The notes beneath the pieces are model-generated. The model had not been told where the DNA came from. It ran no database searches and saw only the letters and a list, made by a program, of their open reading frames with translations. This document shows, one piece after another, positions 24,194-32,000 of a DNA stretch of 32,000 nt. Made by a program: the position numbers and the translations under genes. Source of the DNA: Geotalea uraniireducens Rf4 (GTDB lineage: Bacteria > Desulfobacterota > Desulfuromonadia > Geobacterales > Geobacteraceae). The DNA lies in contig NC_009483.1 of NCBI RefSeq assembly GCF_000016745.1, positions 4,170,001 through 4,202,000 of the forward strand, in the 5' to 3' direction. Numbering within the stretch: position 1 is the first letter of the stretch; the number at the start of each line of letters is the position of its first letter.

Positions 24194-24646
24194 GAACTAG
24201 TCTCGAAAAGCGGTCGGCGCACCGGGCGACGGCAGTAAAGAGAAGCAAAAAGTGCAGAGCGCATCAATGCTCTGACGGCAGGCGTGAAGCAGGAATAGAC
24301 ATTAGGGGTAGGACTCGCCCCTAACCTGTAAACTGAATTTCACAAGCAGATGGTTATCCCTCTGATCATTAAAATAGTATTTTATGATAAAAGGGATGGT
24401 CGTTGTCACATCCATACAGGATGTCATTAAGGGCTCACTGAAAGGCCGATAATTGCCGGTTCAGCCATGATCCGAATAAACGGTGTGCAGGCAGGCAGTT
24501 GAGCCACTCACTATTTGCCCAGCCCTTAATTGTCAAACAACGTTCAACAAACAGAGGGTCTCTTATCTCACCAACGGTTGCTGAAGAGAGGCCGATTCTC
24601 TGATAAGTTATTTAATGCTCCACACATCACGAGAAGGAGGTAACAC

Positions 24647-25891
24647 ATGAAAAAATTAGCATCATTAGTCGCAGCGCTGCTCCTGGCACTAACCGCAATA
24701 CCCTCAGCCGAGGCAGCGTTCGTCATCGGTGGAGAAAACGGCTGGCAGTTGAGCACGGACGGTATCGTCGACGTTTTCTCCGTCTATCAGTCTACCAGTC
24801 CGAAGCCTTCAGGTGACAGGTTTACAACCTTTCTCAGCGGTTCTCCGGATCAGTTCCAGAATTTCGGGGTGAAGGTAGGGCTTCTGCCGTCGTTAATCGC
24901 ATTCAACATCAAGGCCCCCACCGTCAATGGGGTCGACTCGAACGTACGGGTCGGTATCTATCCGAGTATTCAGAATAAGAACCAGGACACCAGATTTGAA
25001 GTCAATCCCAACATCGATTTCCGGGAATTCTACTACACCGCAAAGGGGACATACGGCGAATTGCTTGCCGGCCGTGCCCTGAACCTTTACCAGGCGAAAA
25101 ACATCCTGACCGACATGACGCTCCTTACGGCAGGCGTTGTTCCGGCACCCGGCACCTCCACGACCCTGGGCCATATCGGCTACGGCTACCTCTACACCAA
25201 CTTCGGCCCCCAGATCCGTTACACCACTCCCGATCTTAACGGCGTCAAGGTGGCCTTCAGTGTCAACGAGCCTTACAAGATCAGTTCCGATACCGCCAAG
25301 ACCAACACCCCGCGCCTCGAAACCGAGATCTCCTACGCCACGGTCCTGAACGGCGGCACTACGCTGCAGGCTTGGGCGTCCGGCCTCTTCGAGACTGCAA
25401 CCCGCAGTAAAGCGGCTGGCGTAGCACGTCCGGGTGAGCAGAACCAATCCATCGGCGGTGCGGCCGGCATCGAAGCCGGCTTCGGCGGCGTCGATCTTAT
25501 GGCGTCCGGTTACGCCGGCGAGGGGCTCGGCATGATCAGTGCGCAGGACGGCGATGCGTTCGGTTCCTCATCGACGGATGCCGCCGGCAAGGAGCGGACC
25601 CATTTCGGCTTCCTGGTCCAGGCGACCTACAAGTTGACTCCCGATATCAAGATCGGAGCCAACTACGGGCAAAACCGCCAGGTAGAAAGCGATGACGACA
25701 AGACCAAGCGCGGCGTAGGCGGTTCCTTCTCCCCCATGAAGAAACAGGAAGCGGCAGTGGGCATGGTCACTTACAACTTCAACAAGTTCACACAATTCAT
25801 CGTTGAGTACGCCTATGCCCAGAACACCTGGCATGACCGCGCCACGCAGCATTCCAACAGCGTTGCGATAGGCACGATGTTTTACTGGTAG
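24647..25891 (+). CDS. Outer-membrane beta-barrel porin
   Basis: 414 aa. The signal peptide is MKKLASLVAALLLALTAIPSAEA. The sequence has alternating, aromatic-rich strands and a C-terminal ...GTMFYW. A GAAGGAGG RBS is present. Confidence 0.75.
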   Translation: MKKLASLVAALLLALTAIPSAEAAFVIGGENGWQLSTDGIVDVFSVYQSTSPKPSGDRFTTFLSGSPDQFQNFGVKVGLLPSLIAFNIKAPTVNGVDSNVRVGIYPSIQNKNQDTRFEVNPNIDFREFYYTAKGTYGELLAGRALNLYQAKNILTDMTLLTAGVVPAPGTSTTLGHIGYGYLYTNFGPQIRYTTPDLNGVKVAFSVNEPYKISSDTAKTNTPRLETEISYATVLNGGTTLQAWASGLFETATRSKAAGVARPGEQNQSIGGAAGIEAGFGGVDLMASGYAGEGLGMISAQDGDAFGSSSTDAAGKERTHFGFLVQATYKLTPDIKIGANYGQNRQVESDDDKTKRGVGGSFSPMKKQEAAVGMVTYNFNKFTQFIVEYAYAQNTWHDRATQHSNSVAIGTMFYW

Positions 25892-25959
25892 GCCGGCCCT
25901 GAGACGGGTTGAGCAACGCCTTTAACGGCAAACTCTCAGTAAAGAAAGGAAGTCAGACA

Positions 25960-26232
25960 ATGCCTAAATATGTCATCGAACGTGAACTTCCGGGAGCGGG
26001 ACAATTAACCGCTGATACGCTGCAGGCCATTTCCCAGAAATCATGCGGCGTGCTCAAGGGACTTGGCCCACAGATTCAGTGGGTACAGAGCTACGTCACC
26101 GATAATAAGATTTACTGCATCTACATAGCGCCTAATGCAGAGATCGTGCTGGAGCACGCCAAACAGGGAGGCTTCCCCGCCAACAGCGTGGCCGAGGTGA
26201 GAACCATTATCGATCCAACCACTGCCGAGTAG
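25960..26232 (+). CDS. DUF4242-family small protein
   Basis: Trimmed to ATG 25960 (AAGGAAG RBS). The product is MPKYVIERELPGAGQLTADTLQAISQKSCGVLKGLGPQIQWVQSYVTDNKIYCIYIAPN...GGFPAN...IIDPTTAE. This matches my memory of DUF4242 conserved blocks. Confidence 0.7.
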   Translation: MPKYVIERELPGAGQLTADTLQAISQKSCGVLKGLGPQIQWVQSYVTDNKIYCIYIAPNAEIVLEHAKQGGFPANSVAEVRTIIDPTTAE

Positions 26233-26304
26233 CATCAAAGAAACCATTCGACATAATCTGGTCGAATTAACGCAGAAAAATTTTGCTATAATAAGGAGAT
26301 AACA

Positions 26305-26835
26305 ATGACGTTAGCACTGCTTCTTTTGATTTGCATGATGTGGGTTCCGGTCGGGTTGCTTTTCCTGGGCTCGGGTGAGGCCAAAAGTACCGGTTTTGTT
26401 ACCGCTGTTGTGGGTGTAGTCGTTATCATAGGCGCTATTCTTCAGGCAGCAGTTTTTACCGATCCATTTACCGCCGGGCTGCTTTTCGTATTCGGCGTCC
26501 TTTATCTGCAGACTGCTCATGCTCTTCTGACTGGGCTGGAAGATATGCGTAGTGTCGGAAACGGCGCATTGGTTGTTGCCGTTGTATGTGCCGTATATGC
26601 GTATCTGTTTTTCACCGGCGGCGGCGTGAAGCCCGATGGCAAGACAATCATCGGCGTAACTCCCTACCTGGGATTCATGAACGTTACGTTCACCGTTATT
26701 TGCTTAACCGTTGTCGGCGTGACTTATGGCAAGGTCAACGCCAAGGTTGCTGCGTGGATGTTCCTTGTCCTGAGCTTCACCTGTCTCTTTGTTCCGGCTA
26801 TCGGCCTTTTGGGATACGGAAAACTTCCGTTCTAG
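26305..26835 (+). CDS. AmiS/UreI-family inner-membrane channel (6 TM)
   Basis: 176 aa and six hydrophobic helices. The blocks KSTGFVTAVVGVVVII and GLLFVFGVLYLQTAHALLTGLED resemble the UreI/AmiS blocks KSTAVMNFFVGGLSII and GLLFGFTYLYAAINHTFGLD. Confidence 0.6.
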   Translation: MTLALLLLICMMWVPVGLLFLGSGEAKSTGFVTAVVGVVVIIGAILQAAVFTDPFTAGLLFVFGVLYLQTAHALLTGLEDMRSVGNGALVVAVVCAVYAYLFFTGGGVKPDGKTIIGVTPYLGFMNVTFTVICLTVVGVTYGKVNAKVAAWMFLVLSFTCLFVPAIGLLGYGKLPF

Positions 26836-26877
26836 GCATAGGCAGAAACCACAAACCAACGCACATTGGAGGTATGC

Positions 26878-27153
26878 ATGAAAAAGAGCGCCATAGTACT
26901 CATCACAGCATTGCTGCTGTCCCCCGCTGGATATATCTTTGCCCAGCAGACACATGAAGAGAAAGTGATTTGCGAGCTTGCGGCGAAAAATTGCCTCAAT
27001 CGAATAGAAATCATTCAAAAGAAGGTTAAGAAATTAAATGACCAGATCAAGAAAGGCTCAAAGACTTATTCAGCGGAAGAACTGAAAAAGCTCGAGCAGA
27101 AGCTGCAAGAGACAAAGGATCTGCTGGACAAGCTGGAAGACGCCGGCAAGTAA
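26878..27153 (+). CDS. Small secreted coiled-coil protein of unknown function
   Basis: Trimmed to ATG 26878 (GGAGG 5 nt upstream). The signal peptide is MKKSAIVLITALLLSPAGYIFAQ, followed by a K/E-rich helical sequence. Confidence 0.6.
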   Translation: MKKSAIVLITALLLSPAGYIFAQQTHEEKVICELAAKNCLNRIEIIQKKVKKLNDQIKKGSKTYSAEELKKLEQKLQETKDLLDKLEDAGK

Positions 27154-27327
27154 GCAGGCAGCTGCCAAGTTCACCGTTGGCAACAAAAAGTGGGTCAGGT
27201 TTCAACAGCCGGCAGATGCCGGAGTTGGGACCTGACCCATTGCCTATTGCTGTCTTCTCCCCCAGGGGATTTGCCGAAGACCGGATTGTTGGGGTCTGTC
27301 CAAAATAAGCACGAAAGGGAGCAAACC

Positions 27328-28218
27328 ATGGAAAAATCGGCTCGTCGGAAAAAGAGAATGGGAGCAGGATGGCTGCCTGATTTCTTGCGGTTCTTCATGC
27401 TTGCGATTGCGGGACTTCTGATCGTGTCATCCGGCACGGCCCTGGCCGGCAGGGATAAAACCATCTGGCAATCGCGCGACCAGTTCGTGGCAATCGAAAA
27501 ACAGGATGGCGAAGGAACGGCAGCCAACGACCATCCGGCGAAGCTTTCCGCCGAGCAGCTCCGCAGCATGCTCGAATCGCTGGAAATCACGGAGAGCGGC
27601 AGAAACAAGGTGCTGCCGGTTTTTAACGAACCGGAACGTGAGATACTGGTTGAGATGCTCCGTGATGGGCTCAGCCAGGCGGGTCCCAAGGAGGACGTAA
27701 CCTTCGCCGTTATCGGCCAATTCCCGGCATTGTTGGGTCTTGCCAGAGAACGCAAAGTAACCACCGGCAGGGTTTTTTACCGGGGAGGAGAACTGAACAT
27801 CATTTTCGGCATGGTGCACCGGGATTTCAGGGACAACGAAGACCGGCGTCTCGCCCCCTTTGTCCCCGGCTCGCGAACGCGCCCGGCAGAACTTGGCGGG
27901 AGAATCTCGGCCGCCGCCGGTGAGCCCGGCTCTACTATGAAACGGGGAGACTGGATTGTATTTTCCCCTGCAAGCATCGGTTCCTCTCCCGGCATGCCCG
28001 GGGAATCCGCCACACCGGCAATAAAGCCGGAGCCGTCGGAACGTAGACCACCGGAGACGGACACTACCCGAAAACAAGAGAGCAAGCCCGCCAAGCAGGA
28101 TAAACAGGGGAGAACCGTGGAAGAACGACTGATGCTCCTCAATGATTTGAGAAACAAAAAGCTGATCACCGAAGAGGAATACCGGTCCAAGCGCCTGGAA
28201 ATCCTCAACGAACTGTAA
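27328..28218 (+). CDS. Membrane-anchored or secreted protein with a C-terminal SHOCT-like domain
   Basis: Trimmed to ATG 27328 (AGGGAG RBS). The N-terminal anchor is FLRFFMLAIAGLLIVSSGTALA. The C-terminus is VEERLMLLNDLRNKKLITEEEYRSKRLEILNEL, the SHOCT pattern. Confidence 0.65.
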   Translation: MEKSARRKKRMGAGWLPDFLRFFMLAIAGLLIVSSGTALAGRDKTIWQSRDQFVAIEKQDGEGTAANDHPAKLSAEQLRSMLESLEITESGRNKVLPVFNEPEREILVEMLRDGLSQAGPKEDVTFAVIGQFPALLGLARERKVTTGRVFYRGGELNIIFGMVHRDFRDNEDRRLAPFVPGSRTRPAELGGRISAAAGEPGSTMKRGDWIVFSPASIGSSPGMPGESATPAIKPEPSERRPPETDTTRKQESKPAKQDKQGRTVEERLMLLNDLRNKKLITEEEYRSKRLEILNEL

Positions 28219-28257
28219 CCCGCAGCCCAACAATGGCCACAGACGAGGGAGAATGAG

Positions 28258-28557
28258 ATGACAAACGGAAAAGTTACCGTAGTAGCAAGGTTCAAGGCCC
28301 GGCCGGGAATGGAAGAAACACTCCGTCGCGAACTGCTGGCCCTTATCGACCCCACCACAGCCGAAGATGGGTGTATCAACTACGATTTACACCAGTCAGC
28401 CGACGACAAGGCACTGTTCATGTTCCACGAAAACTGGCTGAGTCGCGAGGATCTGGATGACCATCTGCAGATGCCTTATCTACAGGCATTCCTGGCCAGG
28501 ACCGATGAATTGCTGGCTGAACCGGCAGAGATCAGCCTCTGGAAGATGATCAGCTGA
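28258..28557 (+). CDS. ABM-domain (antibiotic biosynthesis monooxygenase / YgiN-like) protein
   Basis: 99 aa: VTVVARFKARPG...E..R..L..L...T..E.GCINYDLHQS.DD...F.F.E.W.S...LD.H...PY. Confidence 0.75.
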   Translation: MTNGKVTVVARFKARPGMEETLRRELLALIDPTTAEDGCINYDLHQSADDKALFMFHENWLSREDLDDHLQMPYLQAFLARTDELLAEPAEISLWKMIS

Positions 28558-29009
28558 TCCCTGTTGTGGGGCGATGACTGATCGCGTATCTGCCGGGAGA
28601 CCCATAATGATGGAATCAAAATCGCTATGGTCGAAAGGGAAAATACAAGGACGCAAAACATATTGTAGAGTTTAATCACCTGCGCTGGGAGCGCTGGTTG
28701 CGCCATCTGTACATTTTGTGGATTTTAACCACAACAAGAACTAAATACAGGTGGTTTTCCATCGCTCACAGCATGGGGACTTTCACCTCAATGGGGATTT
28801 AGACCACATTTCCGCCATGTTGTATCACTCTCTTCACCTCTCACCGAGACAATCGACAACATGCCACTCCAGCTAGTATCGCCCCGCAAACAGTGATGTC
28901 AGAGCTACCCAACCCCGTAAACCCCAGTTTTTACGGGAATTGCATACATTACACACAATAACCCCATGGAAAAACAGCGTTTTCTTGAAACCAACAATTA
29001 ATGAGAGTT

Positions 29010-29025
29010 TGGCGCAGCTTTTGCT
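29010..29025 (+). promoter_or_regulatory. Candidate sigma54 promoter for hdrCBA
   Basis: TGGCGC-AGCTT-TTGCT with correct GG/GC spacing. It lies 77 nt upstream of the hdrC ATG at 29102. Confidence 0.4.
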
Positions 29026-29101
29026 AAAAAGCGATGGTAACGATTTAGCGCCCTACCAGACAGCCGGTTCTTCAGCATCGACGGCATCAGGAAATGAGTC
29101 T

Positions 29102-29680
29102 ATGAAAAACACCAAGATGACACTCTCCACCGAAACGATGAACCTCGACTTCGTTCGCAAGGTGGAGTCCCTCTCCGGCAGTTCGGTACGGCGCTGCTTC
29201 CAGTGCGGCAAGTGCACGGCCGGCTGCCCCATGCGAAGCTTCATGGAACACCCGCCCAACCGGATCATGCGCCTGTTGCAGCTCGGCCAGTGGGAGCGGA
29301 TTCTGGCCGGTCGATCCATCTGGTACTGCGCCTCGTGCGAGACCTGCTCCACCCGCTGCCCCAACAAGGTGGACCTGGCAGCGATCATGGATGCGCTGCG
29401 CAAACTCTCCTGGGACGCCAACGGCCCCTCCAAGGAGAGCTATGTCCAGCTCGCCAACCGGCTCTTCATCGAGAACATAAAAACCTACGGCCGCCAGTAC
29501 GAGATGCGGCTCGGCGCCGTGTTCAACGTCAAGAGCGGGCAGTTCCTGAAGGACCTGCTGCTCGGCCCCAAGCTCCTCTCCCGGGGGAAGCTTAAAATGT
29601 TCCACTCCAAAAACAAGAACATCACCGAGATTGAAAATATCTTCAACCGGATCGAAGAGATGCGGAAAACCGTTTTATGA
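29102..29680 (+). CDS. hdrC: Heterodisulfide reductase subunit C-like 4Fe-4S protein
   Basis: Trimmed to ATG 29102. It carries CFQCGKCTAGCP and CASCETCSTRCP motifs. It is followed by hdrB- and hdrA-type genes. Confidence 0.85.
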   Translation: MKNTKMTLSTETMNLDFVRKVESLSGSSVRRCFQCGKCTAGCPMRSFMEHPPNRIMRLLQLGQWERILAGRSIWYCASCETCSTRCPNKVDLAAIMDALRKLSWDANGPSKESYVQLANRLFIENIKTYGRQYEMRLGAVFNVKSGQFLKDLLLGPKLLSRGKLKMFHSKNKNITEIENIFNRIEEMRKTVL

Positions 29681-29761
29681 GTTTTATGAGTTTTATGAGT
29701 TTTATGAGTTTTATGAGTTTTATGAGTTTTATGAGTTTTATGAGTTTTATGAGTTCGATGA
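29672..29761 (+). repeat. Nonamer tandem array (GTTTTATGA)x9 perfect plus one degenerate unit. The first unit contains the hdrC stop codon.
   Basis: Read directly with a period of 9 nt. Units start at 29672+9k for k=0..8, followed by GTTCGATGA. Confidence 0.9.
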
Positions 29762-29782
29762 GTTATGGTGTTGAACCCATGT

Positions 29783-29944
29783 AACTCAATAAACTCAATA
29801 AACTCAATAAACTCAATAAACTCAATAAACTCAATAAACTCAATAAACTCAATAAACTCAATAAACTCAATAAACTCAATAAACTCAATAAACTCAAAGA
29901 ACTCAAAGAACTCAAAGAACTCTATGAACTCTACAAACTCAAAA
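29783..29944 (+). repeat. Nonamer tandem array of 18 units (162 bp): (AACTCAATA)x12, (AACTCAAAG)x3 and 3 degenerate units
   Basis: Read directly. The reverse complement of the unit (GAGTTTATT in register) matches the first array unit GAGTTTTAT at 7 of 9 positions. The two arrays therefore form an imperfect long inverted repeat. Confidence 0.9.
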
Positions 29945-30811
29945 CTCACCTACTCCTACTATCCCGGCTGCTCACTGCACGCCTCGGGCAAGGAGTACGA
30001 CATATCCACCCGCGGTCTGTTCAAGGCGCTGAAGATCGGTCTCAAGGAAGTGCCGGACTGGCTCTGCTGCGGCGCCACCCCGGCCCACAACGTGGACGAA
30101 CTGTTGTCGCTCTCCCTGTGCGCCAAGAACCTCTCCCTGGCCGACGAAGTCAAGGGGGACCTGGCAGTCGCCTGCGCCGCCTGCTTCTCCAGACTCAAGA
30201 CCACCCAGCACAGACTGGCCGACAACCCGGAGAAGCGCAAGCAGGTGGAGCACGCCATTGCCGGCAGCGTACCGGAGAAGAAGGTCAAGCACCTGCTGGA
30301 GATCCTGGCCAAAGACTACGGCCTGGAGCAACTCCAGGAAGCGGTGCAAAAGCCCCTCTCCGGCCTCAAGGTAGCCTGCTACTACGGCTGCCTCCTCACC
30401 CGGCCCCCAGAAGTGCCGGAACTGGACTGCACCGAAGCCCCGACCATCATGGAGCGGGTCATCGGCGCCACCGGAGCCGAGACCGTCGCCTGGAGCCACC
30501 GGCTCGAGTGCTGCGGCGCCAACTTCACCCTGTCGCGCCCCGGCGTGGTATTGAAGCTTTCGGGCGACATCCTCGCCTCGGCCAAAGCGGCCGGCGCCGA
30601 CTGCCTCATGGTCGCCTGTCCGCTTTGCCACGGCAACCTGGACATCCGCCAGAAGGAGATCGAAGAGGCCACCGGCACCCGTTACAACATGCCGGTCTTC
30701 TACATGACCCAGCTCCTGGCCCTGGCCGTCGGGGTTCCAGCAGCCAAACTCGGCTTCAACAGCATGATGGTCAGTCCCTTGCCGTTATTAAAAGAAAAGA
30801 ACCTACTGTAG
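29924..30811 (+). CDS. hdrB: Heterodisulfide reductase subunit B-like protein (two CCG domains). The alternative start at ATG 29765 would add an (NSI)12(NSK)3 N-terminal tract.
   Basis: The conserved part begins ...KLTYSYYPGCSLHASG, which is normally within about 10 aa of the N-terminus. The CCG motifs are DWLCCGATPAH and LECCGANF. The in-frame ATG at 29924 gives MNSTNSKLTYSYYPGC. Confidence 0.8.
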   Translation: MNSTNSKLTYSYYPGCSLHASGKEYDISTRGLFKALKIGLKEVPDWLCCGATPAHNVDELLSLSLCAKNLSLADEVKGDLAVACAACFSRLKTTQHRLADNPEKRKQVEHAIAGSVPEKKVKHLLEILAKDYGLEQLQEAVQKPLSGLKVACYYGCLLTRPPEVPELDCTEAPTIMERVIGATGAETVAWSHRLECCGANFTLSRPGVVLKLSGDILASAKAAGADCLMVACPLCHGNLDIRQKEIEEATGTRYNMPVFYMTQLLALAVGVPAAKLGFNSMMVSPLPLLKEKNLL

Positions 30812-30948
30812 GGGCGGGGTTTCCCCGCCCTGTTGGAACAATGCGAAAAAAGGACGGACCCCCGCCCTGTTGGAACAATGCGAAAAAAGGACGGACCCCC
30901 GCCCTGCCGGAACAACGATAAATAAGGGCGGGAAGACCCCGCCCCTAC
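30808..30948. mobile_element. MITE/REP-like element of 141 bp. It has 13-bp perfect terminal inverted repeats (GTAGGGGCGGGGT / ACCCCGCCCCTAC) and an internal 37-bp direct repeat (2 perfect copies plus 1 diverged).
   Basis: Read directly. The 37-bp period is shown by CCGCCCTG at 30825, 30862 and 30899. There are several GGGCGGG/CCCGCCC hairpins. The left TIR contains the hdrB TAG stop (30809-30811). Confidence 0.6.
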
Positions 30949-30961
30949 AAGGAATTGATGC

Positions 30962-32000
30962 ATGTCCAGAATCGGCGTATTCGTCTGCCACTGTGGTGAA
31001 AACATATCCAGAACCGTTGACGTGGAACGGGTAGCCCGGGAAGCGGGAGCGCTCTCCGGCGTCGCTTTTGCCACCGACTACAAGTACATGTGCTCCGACC
31101 CGGGGCAAAACCTGCTCAAAAAGGCCGTTGCCGAGCACAATCTCGACGGCATCGTCGTTGCCGCCTGCTCCCCGCGGATGCACGAGAAGACCTTCAGGAA
31201 AGCTGCCCAGAGCGCGGGTCTGAACCCCTTTTTGTGCGAGATGGCCAACATCCGCGAGCACTGCTCCTGGGTCCACGAGGACCGGGAAGAAGCCACGGCC
31301 AAGGCGAGCGAGATCGTCGCCATGCTGGTCGAGCGGGTGAAGAAGGACAAGAAACTTGCACCCATCACCGTCCCGATCACCAAAAGGTCGCTCGTCATCG
31401 GCGGCGGCATCGCCGGCATCCAGGCAGCCCTGGACATCGCCGACGCCGGCCACCAGGTGGTGCTGGTCGAGCGGGAGCCCTCCATCGGCGGCCACATGGC
31501 CCAGCTCTCCGAGACCTTCCCGACCCTGGACTGCTCCCAGTGCATCATGACCCCGAAGATGGTCGACGTGGCCAACCACCCGAACATCACCCTTCATACC
31601 TACAGCGAGATCGAGAACGTCGACGGCTACATCGGCAACTTCCAGATCACCATCAAGAAGAAGGCCCGCAGCGTCGACATGGCCAAGTGCACCGGCTGCG
31701 GGATCTGCATGGCCAAGTGCCCGCAGAAGAAGATCCCCAACGCCTTTGACCGGAATATGGGAATGCGCCCCGCCATCTACGTCCCCTTCCCCCAGGCCGT
31801 CCCCAACACCCCGGTCATCGACCGGGAGAACTGCACCTGGTTCAAGACCGGCAAGTGCGGGGTCTGCCAGAAGGTCTGCGGCCCCGGAGCCGTTGACTAC
31901 ACCCAGGAAGATGAACTCATCGTGGAAAAGGTCGGGGCCATCGTCGTCGCCACCGGCTTCGAGCTCTACGACATCACCGAAAAGCCCAAGGGCTCCCCGA
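30962..32000 (+). CDS. hdrA: Heterodisulfide reductase subunit A-like FAD/Fe-S protein, N-terminal 346 codons; it continues past the window
   Basis: Manual translation gives MSRIGVFVCHCGENISRTVDV. It contains LVIGGGIAGIQAALDIADAGHQVVLVEREPSIGGHM, FPTLDCSQCIMTPKM and the ferredoxin-type motifs CTGCGICMAKCP and CGVCQKVC. An AAGGAA RBS is present. Confidence 0.9.
   Translation, partial: MSRIGVFVCHCGENISRTVDVERVAREAGALSGVAFATDYKYMCSDPGQNLLKKAVAEHNLDGIVVAACSPRMHEKTFRKAAQSAGLNPFLCEMANIREHCSWVHEDREEATAKASEIVAMLVERVKKDKKLAPITVPITKRSLVIGGGIAGIQAALDIADAGHQVVLVEREPSIGGHMAQLSETFPTLDCSQCIMTPKMVDVANHPNITLHTYSEIENVDGYIGNFQITIKKKARSVDMAKCTGCGICMAKCPQKKIPNAFDRNMGMRPAIYVPFPQAVPNTPVIDRENCTWFKTGKCGVCQKVCGPGAVDYTQEDELIVEKVGAIVVATGFELYDITEKPKGSP

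Noticed and set aside
24194-24646. c-di-GMP/cGAMP (GEMM-I) or another known riboswitch in the porin leader
   Set aside because: I looked for the conserved GEMM-I cores (GGCAAACC...GACGCAAAGCC) and other familiar riboswitch cores and could not find them by eye. Only generic hairpins are present. A covariance-model scan is needed before claiming any RNA family.
29485-29949. 154-aa minus-strand ORF with FIEFIEF... and HKTHKTHKT... tracts
   Set aside because: It is an artefact of reading the two nonamer arrays on the opposite strand. It overlaps the 3' end of hdrC antisense.
17941-30948. CRISPR arrays as an explanation for the repeat loci
   Set aside because: The units are 7-9 nt (37 nt in the hdrB-hdrA element) and directly abut one another with no unique spacers. 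No cas genes are present. They are tandem micro- or minisatellite-type repeats.

Overview
This window looks like a chromosomal segment from a Geobacter-type, sigma54-rich anaerobe of about 55% GC. The taxon is inferred from gene content only. All annotation is manual motif reading; no database or HMM search was possible.

Most of the window appears to be one sigma54-controlled redox and alcohol-oxidation island built around a minimal mycofactocin (RiPP redox cofactor) system. Reading the minus strand from high to low coordinates, the island contains these units.

- **ADH2 unit:** a Fe-alcohol dehydrogenase (ADH2), a PAS histidine kinase and an NtrC-type sigma54 activator, followed by moaA and a MOSC-domain gene.
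- **Orphan maturase:** a radical SAM/SPASM gene with no visible substrate peptide.
- **ADH1 unit:** a second Fe-ADH (ADH1), a MoxR ATPase, a VWA/CoxE protein and a multi-PAS kinase.
- **Signalling module:** an HD-GYP / hemerythrin c-di-GMP module.
- **Mycofactocin operon:** one tightly coupled operon mftA-mftB-mftC, a TMADH/2,4-dienoyl-CoA-reductase-family Fe-S flavoprotein, then etfA-fixC-fixX-etfB. mftA is a 35-codon ORF missing from the supplied track.

On the plus strand there are two further units.

- **Envelope operon:** a divergent sigma54-driven set of a porin, DUF4242, an AmiS/UreI-like channel, a small secreted protein, a SHOCT-domain protein and an ABM protein.
- **Heterodisulfide reductase:** hdrC-hdrB-hdrA.

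Three points deserve a second look.

- **Missing mycofactocin steps:** mftABC lacks mftD/E/F within the window and is fused to a flavoprotein/ETF/ETF-quinone oxidoreductase chain.
- **Shared control signals:** five strong TGGCAY-N5-TTGC promoters sit near a shared TCCAC-N3-GKGG upstream motif. In three cases the motif lies about 143-150 bp upstream. These signals link the mft operon, the orphan rSAM, both ADHs and the porin operon.
- **Unusual repeats:** four loci carry 7-, 8- or 9-nt tandem arrays, each paired with an inverted array of the complementary unit. All lie inside operons or leaders. A MITE-like element between hdrB and hdrA is a separate repeat feature.
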